DNA of 37,010 nucleotides from Nocardioides sp. (lineage in GTDB: Bacteria; Actinomycetota; Actinomycetes; Propionibacteriales; Nocardioidaceae), in the NCBI GenBank assembly GCA_049583575.1, contig JBAUWD010000383.1, positions 1 to 37,010 of the forward strand, written 5' to 3'. Positions 8,164 to 18,116 of this stretch are shown piece after piece; the stretch's first letter is position 1; every line of letters starts with the position of its first letter. Position numbers and translations under genes: made by a program. A model generated the notes under the pieces. It did not search any database, was not told the DNA's origin, and worked only from the letters and a program-made list of their open reading frames with translations.

Positions 8164-8235
8164 CAATTAACACTCGTAGACTACCCGAGCCACGTTGTTC
8201 GCACCAGGTGGCTCGAGGGTCCGCGTGCGGCAGCG

Positions 8236-8853
8236 CTAGGAGACCACGCGCAGCGAGGCGCCCGCGATCAGGTCGCGCACCTCGTCGAGCGACATCCGTC
8301 CGCCCGGGCGGTACCACCGCCACACGCTGACCACCATGGCGAGCACCACGGTCGCGAGGGCGTGCGCATCCCGCTTCGGGAAGGTGCCGGAGGCCATGCC
8401 GCGCGCGAGCAGGGCGGTCCACTCCTCCTCGATCTCGCGCACATTCTTGCGGGCCTTCTGCCGCTCGGCCTCCTCCTTCTCGGAGGGACGGGGCGTGGCG
8501 AGCAGGTCCATGTGGTTCTGCAGGATCCGCATCTGAAGCACCTCGCGAGGACTCACGTCGTACGCCGCGGAGATCGCAGCCTGGAGCGCCGCGTCGGCCT
8601 GCGGGACTTCGGCCGTAACCTCGCGGAAGCGCTCGAGCGAGCGGTTGAGCTCCAGGTTCATGATGGTGAGCAGGCAGTGTGCCTTGGACTCGAAGTAGTG
8701 GTAGAGCGCGGTCTGCCCGATGCCGACCTCGTCGGCGATCTTCGCCCACTTGGTGTGTTCGTAGCCGTCGTGCCCGAAGCTGTCGATCGCCGCGGTGAGA
8801 ATCACCGCGCGCTTGGAGCGCGGCCCCTCCGTCTCCACCACTGCCTGGACCAT
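8236..8853 (-). CDS. TetR/AcrR-family regulator (KstR2-like C-terminus)
   Basis: HTH region ILTAAIDSFGHDGYEHT...IADEVGIGQTALYHYFESK; C-terminal WRWYRPGG. Start taken at MVQAV. Confidence 0.93.
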   Translation of the reverse strand: MVQAVVETEGPRSKRAVILTAAIDSFGHDGYEHTKWAKIADEVGIGQTALYHYFESKAHCLLTIMNLELNRSLERFREVTAEVPQADAALQAAISAAYDVSPREVLQMRILQNHMDLLATPRPSEKEEAERQKARKNVREIEEEWTALLARGMASGTFPKRDAHALATVVLAMVVSVWRWYRPGGRMSLDEVRDLIAGASLRVVS

Positions 8854-8925
8854 CTGGTCACTCCGTTCCGAGTCTCGGTTCGCATCTGGGTCGGTCGATG
8901 GCCAGCATATCAACTTGACGCGAAC

Positions 8926-10422
8926 TCAGGTCACCTTCGCCCTCATCAGGCGCTCGGCGAGGTCGGTCGCGTCGCCACGCGAGAGCTTTCCCACCCGGTT
9001 CTGGGGGAGGTCCTGGACGACGAAGACGAACTCCGGCCACTTGGCCTTCGGGACCCCACTCTCGTCCAAGAAGCCCGTCACGCTCTCCAGGCTGAGGTCC
9101 GGGTCCGACGACACGACGAGGGCCGCGGCCCTTTCTCCGAGCAGCTCGTCCGGCACGGGAACCACGCACACCTGCGACACGGAGGGGATGCGCGCCACGG
9201 CCGCCTCCACCTCGTAGATGTCAATGTTGCGCCCTCCCCGGATGATGATCTGCTTCTCGCGGCCGAGGATCGTGATCGTCGCGTCGGGGTTCACCCGGAC
9301 GAGGTCCCCGGTCGGCAGGAACCCGTCCTCCGTGAGCTCTCGCGAGGGCTTGCCGTCGCGGGCGTAACCGACGAACAGGCTCGGGCCGCGTACCTGAGCC
9401 GCACCCACGGTCCCCACCTGGACGGCACGTCCGGCATCGTCGACGGCGCGCACTTCGGTGCCGGGGAACGGGCGGCCGTCGGCGCCGAGCCGCGTCGAGG
9501 CTTCTTCGTCGGGTCGCGTCGTGGTGTGTCCCAGGCACTCGGACATCCCGAAGACGCGGATGATCGCCGTGCCGAGTGTCCTCTCGGCCCTGCCCAGTGC
9601 GTCGGCGTTCATCGGCCCGCCACCGACTGTCATGGCGGTCAGCCCGACGAGCTTGCCCTCGGCTTCCGGGCGGACGGCGAGCTGCAGCGCCATGGTCGGG
9701 ACCAGCATCGTCCACCTCACCCGGTGCTCTGCCATCGCCCTGAGCGCCAGGTCCGGCCGCCATGAGTCGAGGCTCACCATCGGGCCGCCGAGCATGGCGG
9801 GGAGGTACATGCCGAAGCAGAACGCCGCCACTGAGGACAGCGGCACGAACGCTCCCACGGCATCCCCGGGCCGGAGTCCGATCGCGTCTATCGTCGAGCG
9901 GCCGGCGTACCGGATCGACTCCTCGGACTGCACGACGCACTTGGGACGGCCGGTGGAGCCGGACGTCATCGCGACCGCGGCGCCACCGTTCCAGCGTTCG
10001 ACCTCGCTGACCGGTCCGCTGGAGGTGGCCAGAGTCCATCCGTCGAAGGCAGGGCGCCGGTCCGGAAATGCCTCGTCCGAGACCGCCCACCGCTCGAGCA
10101 CGTCCTCGGTCGCGAACACGGCGTCGGGGCGGATGTCCTCGATCGCGAGCTCGAACTCGGCGGCGAGCGCGTGGCCGCTGAACACCGCGACCATCCCACC
10201 CCTCAGACCGACGGCGACCGCGGCCGCCAGGGTCCGCCACGTGTTATCCGCCTGCACCAGAACCGTCGGAGAGCCGCCCAGAGAGTCGTCGAGGAGGGCG
10301 GCGAGCTCGTGCGCGGCGTGCACGACCTCGCCGATCGTGTGAGTGCCGAGTGCGTCCACGACCGCCACCTCGTCCGGCGCACGGCCGGCACGGTCGGTGA
10401 GCTCCTGGGCAAGAACCCGCAT
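8926..10422 (-). CDS. Acyl-CoA synthetase (class I adenylate-forming enzyme)
   Basis: TSGSTGRPK, FGMSE, TGD, GREK..IIRGG and LPQNRVGK motifs. Confidence 0.93.
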   Translation of the reverse strand: MRVLAQELTDRAGRAPDEVAVVDALGTHTIGEVVHAAHELAALLDDSLGGSPTVLVQADNTWRTLAAAVAVGLRGGMVAVFSGHALAAEFELAIEDIRPDAVFATEDVLERWAVSDEAFPDRRPAFDGWTLATSSGPVSEVERWNGGAAVAMTSGSTGRPKCVVQSEESIRYAGRSTIDAIGLRPGDAVGAFVPLSSVAAFCFGMYLPAMLGGPMVSLDSWRPDLALRAMAEHRVRWTMLVPTMALQLAVRPEAEGKLVGLTAMTVGGGPMNADALGRAERTLGTAIIRVFGMSECLGHTTTRPDEEASTRLGADGRPFPGTEVRAVDDAGRAVQVGTVGAAQVRGPSLFVGYARDGKPSRELTEDGFLPTGDLVRVNPDATITILGREKQIIIRGGRNIDIYEVEAAVARIPSVSQVCVVPVPDELLGERAAALVVSSDPDLSLESVTGFLDESGVPKAKWPEFVFVVQDLPQNRVGKLSRGDATDLAERLMRAKVT

Positions 10423-10440
10423 GGTGTAGTCCTCCTGCGA

Positions 10441-11535
10441 TCAGTGTTGACGATGCGTCCGGCACCCGGACAGTGGGGAAGAGCTGAGACCGGGCACGAC
10501 GACCGCTCGGCCGTGGATCTGGCCGCGCCGAAGTCGTCGGTACAGCTCGGGGGCGTCCGCGAGGCTTCCGGTCTGGGACTCTCCCGACAGCCCGCCGTGA
10601 ACAGCCATCGCGACCACCGCCTCGAGGTCGGCGCGACTTCCCCAGAACGGCGCGGAGAGCTGCCAGCCCCGGGGTAGCCCGGGTCCCTTGGAAGCGGTCA
10701 GCCTGCCCCCGGCGCTGCCGACGACAGCCAGACGGCCGCCCGGGGCGAGAAGTCGGGCGGCACCTGCCAACGTCGCGTCCGACCCCACGAAGTCGAGGAC
10801 CAGGTCGACGCCGCCCTCGGACCGGGGCGAGCCGGCGTCGAGTGCGGCCGCAACGAGGGTCAGGTCCTCGACAACGTGGTCCGCGCCCTGACGCACGGCC
10901 AGTTCTCGCGCGGATCGGCGTGGGTCCACCGCGACGACCGTGGCCGGCGTGAGGCTCCGAAGGATCTGGATCGCGTACTGGCCCAGACCTCCGACGCCCA
11001 CCACGAGCGCCGTCCCCTCACCCGCCACCGCATCGAGGTTGGCGGCCACGGCGTGGTACGCCGTCAGGCCGGAGTCGGTCAGCGGGGCGAGCTCCTCTGC
11101 CGGCAGCCCCTGCGCCTTGACCAGGAACCGTTCGGAGGGAACCAGCATGAACTCCGCCAGCCCCCCGTCACGCCCGAGCCCGCCACCCACCGGGCCGGTG
11201 AGTCGCAGGCAGCAGCTCTCCCGTCCGACCGCACATCGCCGGCACTGCCCGCAGGACCAGACGCCGTGCACCGCGACCGGCTCGTCCAGCCAGTCGGGGG
11301 AGACGCCGACGCCGACGCCGGCGACCATACCGGCCACCTCGTGACCCAGGGTGAAGGGGAGCGAGAAGGGAAGTCGTCCGGCGCTGTCCACGACGTGCAG
11401 GTCCGAGTGGCACAGACCCGCGGCATCGACACGGAGCAGGAGCTCGCCCGGACCCGGCGCCGGGACGGGAACCTCGACGAGCTCCGGCTCCCGGCCCCAC
11501 GCGACGAGGCGCAGTGCCTGCATCGTGGCCGTCAT
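10441..11535 (-). CDS. Zinc-dependent alcohol dehydrogenase (MDR)
   Basis: GLCHSD, GHE, CGQCRRC..C structural Zn site and GVGGLG. ATGA overlap with the upstream SDR. Confidence 0.92.
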   Translation of the reverse strand: MTATMQALRLVAWGREPELVEVPVPAPGPGELLLRVDAAGLCHSDLHVVDSAGRLPFSLPFTLGHEVAGMVAGVGVGVSPDWLDEPVAVHGVWSCGQCRRCAVGRESCCLRLTGPVGGGLGRDGGLAEFMLVPSERFLVKAQGLPAEELAPLTDSGLTAYHAVAANLDAVAGEGTALVVGVGGLGQYAIQILRSLTPATVVAVDPRRSARELAVRQGADHVVEDLTLVAAALDAGSPRSEGGVDLVLDFVGSDATLAGAARLLAPGGRLAVVGSAGGRLTASKGPGLPRGWQLSAPFWGSRADLEAVVAMAVHGGLSGESQTGSLADAPELYRRLRRGQIHGRAVVVPGLSSSPLSGCRTHRQH

Positions 11536-12326
11536 CGGGCGGTCCACCCTCCGTCGACGACCAGGGAGTGGCCGGTGACGTAGGACGAGGCCGGCGAGGC
11601 CAGGAAGAGCAGCGCGCCGTCGACCTCGCCGGGGCCGCCACCTCGGCCGAGCATCGTGTTGCGGCGCACCCAACCGGCGGACTTGTCGTTGGCGAACAGA
11701 CCGTCGGTCATCTCGGTGTCGAACCAGCCGGGGACGATGGCGTTGACGCGGATTCCACGGCGGCCCCACTGGCCGGCAAGCTCGCGGGTCAACCCGAGAA
11801 TTCCCGCCTTCGAGGCGGCGTAGCTCGCTCCCCCGATCGGGGAGGTGGAGACCAGGCCGATCACCGAGGAGATGTTGACGATCGAGAGCGTCCGTCCCTC
11901 GGCCACGGTCGAGGCGACCTGCGCCGCCAGGTGGAATCCCGAGGCCAGGTTGAGATCGAGGAGACCAGCGAACCCCTCGACCGTCTCCTGCTCAGCGTGG
12001 GGAGGTCCAGGGATGCCCGCGTTGTTGACGAGTACGTCGATGTGGCCGCTGATCTGCGCGGCTGTCTCGACCAACCGTTGCCGGTCGTCTGGGGAGGTCA
12101 CGTCGCACGCGACCGGCACGACCTTGCCCCCGGTCGGTCCCGTACCGTCGAGCTCCTTGGCGAGCACCTCGAGACGGTCGAGGCGCCTCGCCGCCGCCAC
12201 GACCGTCGCTCCAGCGTCGACCAGGGTGCGGGCGAACCCCTCGCCCAGCCCGGACGACGCTCCGGTCACGATGGCGACCGCGCCGCGCAGGTCGAAGAGG
12301 CCGCTGACCCTCGTACCGTTGCTCAT
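11532..12326 (-). CDS. SDR family oxidoreductase
   Basis: TGASSGLG, NNAG, YAASK and DGG motifs. Confidence 0.93.
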   Translation of the reverse strand: MSNGTRVSGLFDLRGAVAIVTGASSGLGEGFARTLVDAGATVVAAARRLDRLEVLAKELDGTGPTGGKVVPVACDVTSPDDRQRLVETAAQISGHIDVLVNNAGIPGPPHAEQETVEGFAGLLDLNLASGFHLAAQVASTVAEGRTLSIVNISSVIGLVSTSPIGGASYAASKAGILGLTRELAGQWGRRGIRVNAIVPGWFDTEMTDGLFANDKSAGWVRRNTMLGRGGGPGEVDGALLFLASPASSYVTGHSLVVDGGWTAR

Positions 12327-12338
12327 CTCCCGCTCCGA

Positions 12339-13091
12339 TCAGTAGACGGCCGTGCGGCCGCCGTCGACCGGGATGACCGCTCCGGTGGTGTAGCCGGCGC
12401 TGTCTCCGGCGAGGTGGACCACCATTCCGGCCACCTCGTCAGGACGCCCCAGCCTGCCGGACGGGAGACGGTCGACGATCTTGCCGACGAACTCCTCGTC
12501 CCACTCCTGTGCCATGTCGGTCGCGAAGGCACCCGGCATCACGCAGTTGACCCGCACGTGTGGGGCGTACTCCTGTGCGAACGCCATCGTCAGAGCGTTG
12601 AGGCCACTCTTCGCGGCGGCGTAGATCGCCTCGGGCGGGCTGGGCCGCAGCGAGCCGATGCTGGAGATGTTGACGATCGAGCCCCCGCCGGCAGCTGCCA
12701 TCCGGGCACCCGCCACGGCCATCAGCCGGAACGGGCCCTTGAGGTTTACCTCGATGGTCTTGTCGAACAGGGACTCCGAGACGCTCTCGAGGCTGGGAGC
12801 CAGTGGCGCGATCCCCGCGTTGTTCACCAAGATGTCAAGGCGTCCCAGGCGTGCGTAGACCTCGTCGATGGCCGGCTCGATGCTGTCCCAGCGCCCGACG
12901 TGCAGGGCCAACGGGACCGCCGCGACCCCGGTCGCCTTGGTGATCGCCTCGGCCGCGGCCTCGCAGGACTCGAGCCTGCGGCTCGAGACCACGACGGTGG
13001 CTCCGGCTTCGGCGAGTGCCCTCGCGATGGCGAGGCCCAGCCCGCGGGTCGCTCCCGTCACCAGAGCGACCTTCCCGTCGAGGGTGGTCAT
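12339..13091 (-). CDS. SDR family oxidoreductase (DHRS4-like)
   Basis: TGATRGLG, VSSR, NNAG and YAAAK motifs. ATGA overlap with the upstream ACAD. Confidence 0.93.
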   Translation of the reverse strand: MTTLDGKVALVTGATRGLGLAIARALAEAGATVVVSSRRLESCEAAAEAITKATGVAAVPLALHVGRWDSIEPAIDEVYARLGRLDILVNNAGIAPLAPSLESVSESLFDKTIEVNLKGPFRLMAVAGARMAAAGGGSIVNISSIGSLRPSPPEAIYAAAKSGLNALTMAFAQEYAPHVRVNCVMPGAFATDMAQEWDEEFVGKIVDRLPSGRLGRPDEVAGMVVHLAGDSAGYTTGAVIPVDGGRTAVY

Positions 13092-14329
13092 GGCCTGCCT
13101 CCCTGGTACGTCGCCGCGTCGGCGGGCTTGCGATAGCCCGCCAGCTCGAGCTTGCCGATGGTGCGCAGGTGCACCTCGTTGGGCCCGTCCGCGATCTGCA
13201 GGGCGCGGGTGATGGCGAACAGCCTGGCCAGCACGGTGTCCTCGCTGACCCCCGCGGCGCCGTAGGTCTGCACCGCGCGGTTGACCACGTGGTGGGCGAC
13301 CTCCATCGCGGAGACCTTGATCGCGGCCACGTCGGACCGCGCCGCGGCGTTGCCCTGCGTGTCCATCAGCCAGGAGGCGCGGAGGGTGAGCAGCCGGACC
13401 TGGTCGATCTCCATACGGCTGCGCGCCACCCACTCGCGGACGACGCCCTGGTCGGCAAGGGGTCCGCCGAACGCCTCGCGGTCCACCGCCCGGCGACACA
13501 TCATCGACATCGCCCGCTCGGCGAAACCGATCGCTCGCATCGCGTAGTGCATGCGCCCGGGACCGAGCCTGCCCTGGGCGATGGCGAACCCGTCGCCTTC
13601 TGAGCCCAGCATGTTCTCGGCCGGCACTCGCACGTCCTTGAAGTCGACCTCGCCGTGGCCGAGCCGGTCCTGGTAACCGAACATGGTCAGGTCGCGCAGC
13701 ACCTCGATCCCGGGTGCGTCGGCGGGGACGAGGATCATGCTCTGCTGCCGGTACGTCGGCCCGTCGGGATCCGACTTGCCCATGAAGATGACCAGCTCGC
13801 AGTCCGGGTCGAGGATGCCCGAGGTGTACCACTTACGCCCGTTGAGGACGTACTCGTCGCCGTCGCGCCGGATGGTCGCGGTGATGTTGGTGGCATCGGA
13901 GCTGGCCACCGCAGGTTCCGTCATCGCGAACGCCGAACGGATCCGGCAGTCCAGCAGGGGGCGCAGCCACTTCTCCTGCTGCTCCGGCGTGCCGTACATC
14001 GCCAGGATCTCCATGTTCCCGGTGTCGGGAGCCGAGCAGTTCAGGGCCTCCGGACCGATGATCGACCGGCCGGCCAGCTCCATCAGGGGTGCGTACTCGA
14101 GGTTGGTCAGGCCCACCCCCCAGCCGCCGTGCGTCATGAACAGGTTCCAGAGCCCCCGCTCCCGCGCCCTGGCCTGCAGCTCACGCATCACCCGCGGCTG
14201 CTCGTGCGGGTTCGCAGACCCCGCGACCTGCACGTCGTAGACCGCCTCGGCGGGGTAGACGTGCTCGTCCATGAACACCTGCAGGCGGGCCATCAGGTCA
14301 CGGGTACGGGCGGAAGGCTCGAAGTCCAC
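13088..14329 (-). CDS. Acyl-CoA dehydrogenase, ACAD10/11 (FadE2)-like
   Basis: NCSAPDTGNME, FAMTEPAVASSDATNI, AQGRLGPGR and ADGPNEVH motifs. GTG start with RBS AGAGGA. Confidence 0.93.
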   Translation of the reverse strand: MDFEPSARTRDLMARLQVFMDEHVYPAEAVYDVQVAGSANPHEQPRVMRELQARARERGLWNLFMTHGGWGVGLTNLEYAPLMELAGRSIIGPEALNCSAPDTGNMEILAMYGTPEQQEKWLRPLLDCRIRSAFAMTEPAVASSDATNITATIRRDGDEYVLNGRKWYTSGILDPDCELVIFMGKSDPDGPTYRQQSMILVPADAPGIEVLRDLTMFGYQDRLGHGEVDFKDVRVPAENMLGSEGDGFAIAQGRLGPGRMHYAMRAIGFAERAMSMMCRRAVDREAFGGPLADQGVVREWVARSRMEIDQVRLLTLRASWLMDTQGNAAARSDVAAIKVSAMEVAHHVVNRAVQTYGAAGVSEDTVLARLFAITRALQIADGPNEVHLRTIGKLELAGYRKPADAATYQGGRP

Positions 14330-14376
14330 GGCATTCCTCTTGTGTCGTCGGTGGTCGTCGGAGTCGGGTTGGGGGG

Positions 14377-15384
14377 TCAGAGCGTCGTCGACAGTCCGGT
14401 GGCGATGAGCCGCTCGATGGTGTCGGGCAGGCGTTCCTGGTCTGGGTCGTGGTGGCGGCCTTCGAGGTGCCGGCGCAGGTTGTGGCCCATGATCGCTGCC
14501 ATCTTGTAACGGCCGAGCGCGTCGAACCACGCGAGGTCGTCCACCCGCCGGCCGTCAGCGGCGTACCGCTCGACCAGCTCGTCGGCGGTTGGCAGCCCCT
14601 CGACCTCCCGACCAACACCCGGGAAGTTGGAGCCGTCGGCGAAGACCAGGAACCAACCCAGCTCGACGCGCGGGTCGCCCACGCTCCAGATCTCCCAGTC
14701 GATCAGGGCTACCGGCTCTGTGCCGTGGCAGATCAGGTTCCCCAGCCGGTAGTCGCCGTGCACCACCGTTGCCTCCACAGCGGGCGGGACGCCGTCCGAG
14801 AGCAGCTGGTGCAACTGGTTCGCATCCGGCACGAGGTGCGGCGGGACGGCAGCCATCGTGCGTGCCCAGCGGGCCAGCTCGTCGCGAGGAGACAACGGGT
14901 CGGCGTCCACAGGCACCTGGTCGAGAGGCACGTCGTGAAGTGCAGGCAGGATCTCGGCGGCCCGGAGCATCCGTTCCGCAGCAAGGGAGGGCGGCACGGC
15001 AGGATCGTCGAGCACCGGCTCGAGGGACTCGCCGCCGACCAACTGCATGGCGAACCAGGCCGGTTCGGTGTCGTCCGTGGCGACCACGGTGGGGACGGGA
15101 ACTCTGGTGGGGGCGAGCGCGGAGATGATCCGTGCCTGACGGAGCATGTCGTGCCGCCCGAGGGCCTTCTGGTTCTCCGGGACCGACTTGACCACCAGTG
15201 GCCCCTCGCTGGTCTCTACCCGGTAGGTCAGGCCGGAATGGCCACCGGGCAGCCGCGTCAGGGCACCCACCTCGAGGCCGGGCCGTTCCCGGCGGAGGGC
15301 GAGTGAGACCCGGTCGGCGAGGCCGCCTTCGAAGCTGCCCGCGACACTGCCATCGACGCTGCCCTGGACGCTGCTGGTGCTCAT
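14377..15384 (-). CDS. APH-fold phosphotransferase (ACAD10/11 kinase domain / LvaA-like)
   Basis: GGHSGLTY, HDMLRQ, HGDYRLGN and DWE..GDP motifs. Confidence 0.9.
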   Translation of the reverse strand: MSTSSVQGSVDGSVAGSFEGGLADRVSLALRRERPGLEVGALTRLPGGHSGLTYRVETSEGPLVVKSVPENQKALGRHDMLRQARIISALAPTRVPVPTVVATDDTEPAWFAMQLVGGESLEPVLDDPAVPPSLAAERMLRAAEILPALHDVPLDQVPVDADPLSPRDELARWARTMAAVPPHLVPDANQLHQLLSDGVPPAVEATVVHGDYRLGNLICHGTEPVALIDWEIWSVGDPRVELGWFLVFADGSNFPGVGREVEGLPTADELVERYAADGRRVDDLAWFDALGRYKMAAIMGHNLRRHLEGRHHDPDQERLPDTIERLIATGLSTTL

Positions 15385-16586
15385 GCGCGCGGTTCCCGGG
15401 GCAGGCCGAGCACGCGCTCGGCGAGGATGTTGTGCTGGATCTCGTCCGTGCCGCCCGCGATGCGGTAGCCGGGAGCCCCCAGGAGGTGCTCGGTCCAGGC
15501 CCACGTTCCCCAACCGCCCACGTCCGCGGCCAGCTCGGGACCGAGCAGTGCGCGCACCACTTCGGAGGTGCGCGCCATGGTGTCGGTCGCCAGGAGCTTG
15601 CCGACAGAAGCCTCCGGGCCGGGGTCGACGCCGGACACGACGGCCGCCGCAACGCGCATCCCGGTCAGCCTCTGAACGTAGCTTCGCGTCACCAGGTCTG
15701 CGACCTGGTCCTGCTCGAGCTCGGTCAGCGGCCGGCCGAGGTTGCGTGACAGTTCGACGGCGCGGTCGGCGTTGGCCAGGCCAAGATTGCCCGAGTCGAG
15801 CCGCTCCGCGGCCAGCACCGTCAGGGCCACCTTCCAGCCCTGCCCGACCGGCCCGAGCCTCATGTCGTCGGAGAGCTCGACCCCGTCGAGGTACACCTCG
15901 TTGAACGAGCTGCCGCCGGTCATCTGCCGGATCGGCCGCACGGTGACGCCGGGTGCCTGCATCGGCACCAGGAAGACGGTGAGCCCCGCGTGCTTGGCCG
16001 CGGCCGGGTCCGTGCGAGTGACCGCGACACCGAGGTCAGCGACCAGCGCCCCCGAGGTCCAGACCTTGTGCCCGTCCAGCGTCCAGTGGCCGTCCCGCTC
16101 GACGGCCCGGGTGCGCACGGCTGCGAGGTCGGAGCCGGCCTCGGTCTCGGAGAAGAGCTGGCACGCGATCAGGTCTGTGCGCAGCATCGCGCTCACGTAG
16201 CGCTCGCGCTGCTCTGGGGTCCCCCACTGGGCGATGGCCGGCGCCACCAGCTGCTGGGTCACCGAGAACATCTCGGTGTGCCGGGGCACGTCGAAGGCCT
16301 CTTCCTCCTGTCGGAACGCCAACGCGTAGGACATCGGCAGTCCTCGCCCGCCGTACTCCTCGGGCCAGGTCAACGCACCCCAGCCCGCGTCGTACTTGGC
16401 CTTCTCGTAGGAGCGGATCCAGTTCGTCTCGGCCCGCTCCTCCTCTGCTGTCCAGTTCTCGAAGACGGCCACGGAGTCCGGGCCGACCCCCCACTGGGCC
16501 GCCCGGCGCGGCTTCGCGACCGAGGAGAGCCATCCCCGGGCGGCGCGGGTGAACTCGTCGAGGGAGGTGGGTCCGTCGGGCGTCAT
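15381..16586 (-). CDS. Acyl-CoA dehydrogenase (catalytic-subunit type of actinobacterial heteromeric ACADs)
   Basis: WPEEYGGRG, CQLFSE.EAGSDLA, FNEVYLD and IAGGTDEIQHNILAERVLGLP motifs. Confidence 0.92.
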   Translation of the reverse strand: MTPDGPTSLDEFTRAARGWLSSVAKPRRAAQWGVGPDSVAVFENWTAEEERAETNWIRSYEKAKYDAGWGALTWPEEYGGRGLPMSYALAFRQEEEAFDVPRHTEMFSVTQQLVAPAIAQWGTPEQRERYVSAMLRTDLIACQLFSETEAGSDLAAVRTRAVERDGHWTLDGHKVWTSGALVADLGVAVTRTDPAAAKHAGLTVFLVPMQAPGVTVRPIRQMTGGSSFNEVYLDGVELSDDMRLGPVGQGWKVALTVLAAERLDSGNLGLANADRAVELSRNLGRPLTELEQDQVADLVTRSYVQRLTGMRVAAAVVSGVDPGPEASVGKLLATDTMARTSEVVRALLGPELAADVGGWGTWAWTEHLLGAPGYRIAGGTDEIQHNILAERVLGLPREPRA

Positions 16587-16596
16587 CGTCGTCCTC

Positions 16597-17742
16597 TCAG
16601 ACAGCGAGCACCGTGCAGGCACTGATGCCAGGTGCTCCGTAGACATGGGTGAAGCCGATCTGCGGGGCGGCCACCTGCCGGTCCCCCGCCTCGCCGCGGA
16701 GCTGCGTCACGATCTCGTGGACCTGACGGAGCCCGGAGGCACCGATGGGCTCGCCGTTCGCGATGCAGCCACCGTCGGTGTTGACCGGCAGCCGGCCGCC
16801 GATCTCGGTCTCCCCGGCGGCCACCATCGCCTCCTGCTCGCCGTGCTTGCAGAATCCGCACTCGGCCAGGTGCATGACCTCGGCTCCGCTCTCGGTGTCC
16901 TGGAGCTGGGCGACGTCCACATCCGCCGGGCTGACCCCGGCTGCCGCGAACGCCGCGGCGGCTGCGTCGGCACTGACGCTGGAGGGCACTCCAGTCCCCT
17001 GGATGGAGGGGCTGAAGACCTCGAACGAGCCGAACCGCCGGGTGCGGGTGGCCGCACCCAACAGCCGTACGTCGCGGCCAAGACGCGCCGCAACCGCGTC
17101 GCTGGTGACGACGATCGCCGCGCCGCCCTCGCCGGGTGAGCAGAACATGAAGCGCGTGAGCGGGTCGTTGACCATCTCCGCTGCCGAGATCTCGTCGGCC
17201 GAGATCACCTCGCGTCGCCAGGCGTTGGGGTTGAGCGCACCGTTGCGATAGGCCTTCTCCGCCACTAGGGCAAGCGTCCTGGCGCTGATGCCGTGCTCGC
17301 GCAGATACCTGGAGATCTTGATGCCGAAGAACTGCGTGGTCACCATGAGGCCGACCTCGCCGTACGCCGCCGGGAGACCCCAGTCCTCCGGACGCGGGTC
17401 GAAGGCACCGCGTGGGTGCTTGTCGAAGCCGACGGCCAGGGCGATCTCGGCGCTCCCCGAACGGATCGCGTTGACTGCCGACATCAACGCGCTGCCGCCG
17501 GTGGCGCAGCCGTTCTTGACGTTCGTGAACGGGATCCCGGTCAGGCCGAGGTCGGCAACAAGGGTGTCGGCCAGGCCGGCGCCGTCGCTGCCACCGAACG
17601 CCACCTGCACGTCGGTCCAGGCGAGGCCGGCATCGAGCAGCGCGGCGTTGATGGCGTCGAGGGCGAGCTCACGGCCGGTGCGGCCGGGCTGACGACCGAA
17701 CTTCGACAGCCCGGCGCCGACGATCGAGACTCCGGTGGTCAT
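16597..17742 (-). CDS. SCP2/Ltp-type thiolase-family protein
   Basis: NGCATGG, QLQDTE and NTDGGCIANGEPIGASG motifs. Adjacent to a DUF35 gene. Confidence 0.9.
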   Translation of the reverse strand: MTTGVSIVGAGLSKFGRQPGRTGRELALDAINAALLDAGLAWTDVQVAFGGSDGAGLADTLVADLGLTGIPFTNVKNGCATGGSALMSAVNAIRSGSAEIALAVGFDKHPRGAFDPRPEDWGLPAAYGEVGLMVTTQFFGIKISRYLREHGISARTLALVAEKAYRNGALNPNAWRREVISADEISAAEMVNDPLTRFMFCSPGEGGAAIVVTSDAVAARLGRDVRLLGAATRTRRFGSFEVFSPSIQGTGVPSSVSADAAAAAFAAAGVSPADVDVAQLQDTESGAEVMHLAECGFCKHGEQEAMVAAGETEIGGRLPVNTDGGCIANGEPIGASGLRQVHEIVTQLRGEAGDRQVAAPQIGFTHVYGAPGISACTVLAV

Positions 17743-18116
17743 GGAGCTGCCTCGATGGAGGTGTGTGCCATCGCCTCGACGGTGGCGAACCTGGGAACGG
17801 GCTCGACGGCCACGAGCGTGACCGCCGCGTCACCGGCGAGCTCGGCGAAGTCGGTGCAGTCCAGAACGGCTTCCACCTTGACTCCTTCCGGCAGCTCGAC
17901 GTAGCCGACGGCGAACGGCACGAACCCGCCCTCCGGCACGACGTACGGCGGGGACTTCGGTGCGAATCGCTGCACCGTGAAGCCCCACACCGTGCCGTGA
18001 CTGCTCAGCTCCACGGCCGTCATCGACCGACGCCCGCAGCTCTGACAGCTGACGGCCGGAGGGAACGCGACCGTTCCGCAGTCGAGGCAACGGCTCCCGG
18101 TCAGCGACCGACCCAT
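17739..18116 (-). CDS. DUF35 Zn-ribbon/OB-fold protein (ChsH2-like thiolase partner)
   Basis: CLDC..FPP..SCQSC zinc ribbon, GTVWGFT and PFAVGYVELPEG. ATGA overlap with the thiolase. Confidence 0.88.
   Translation of the reverse strand: MGRSLTGSRCLDCGTVAFPPAVSCQSCGRRSMTAVELSSHGTVWGFTVQRFAPKSPPYVVPEGGFVPFAVGYVELPEGVKVEAVLDCTDFAELAGDAAVTLVAVEPVPRFATVEAMAHTSIEAAP

Noticed and set aside
7507..9765. 752-aa plus-strand ORF, and other long antisense ORFs such as 11514-13136, 22551-24053, 27225-29015 and 31123-32487
   Set aside because: Shadow frames opposite well-supported genes, with no motifs. Expected in high-GC DNA.
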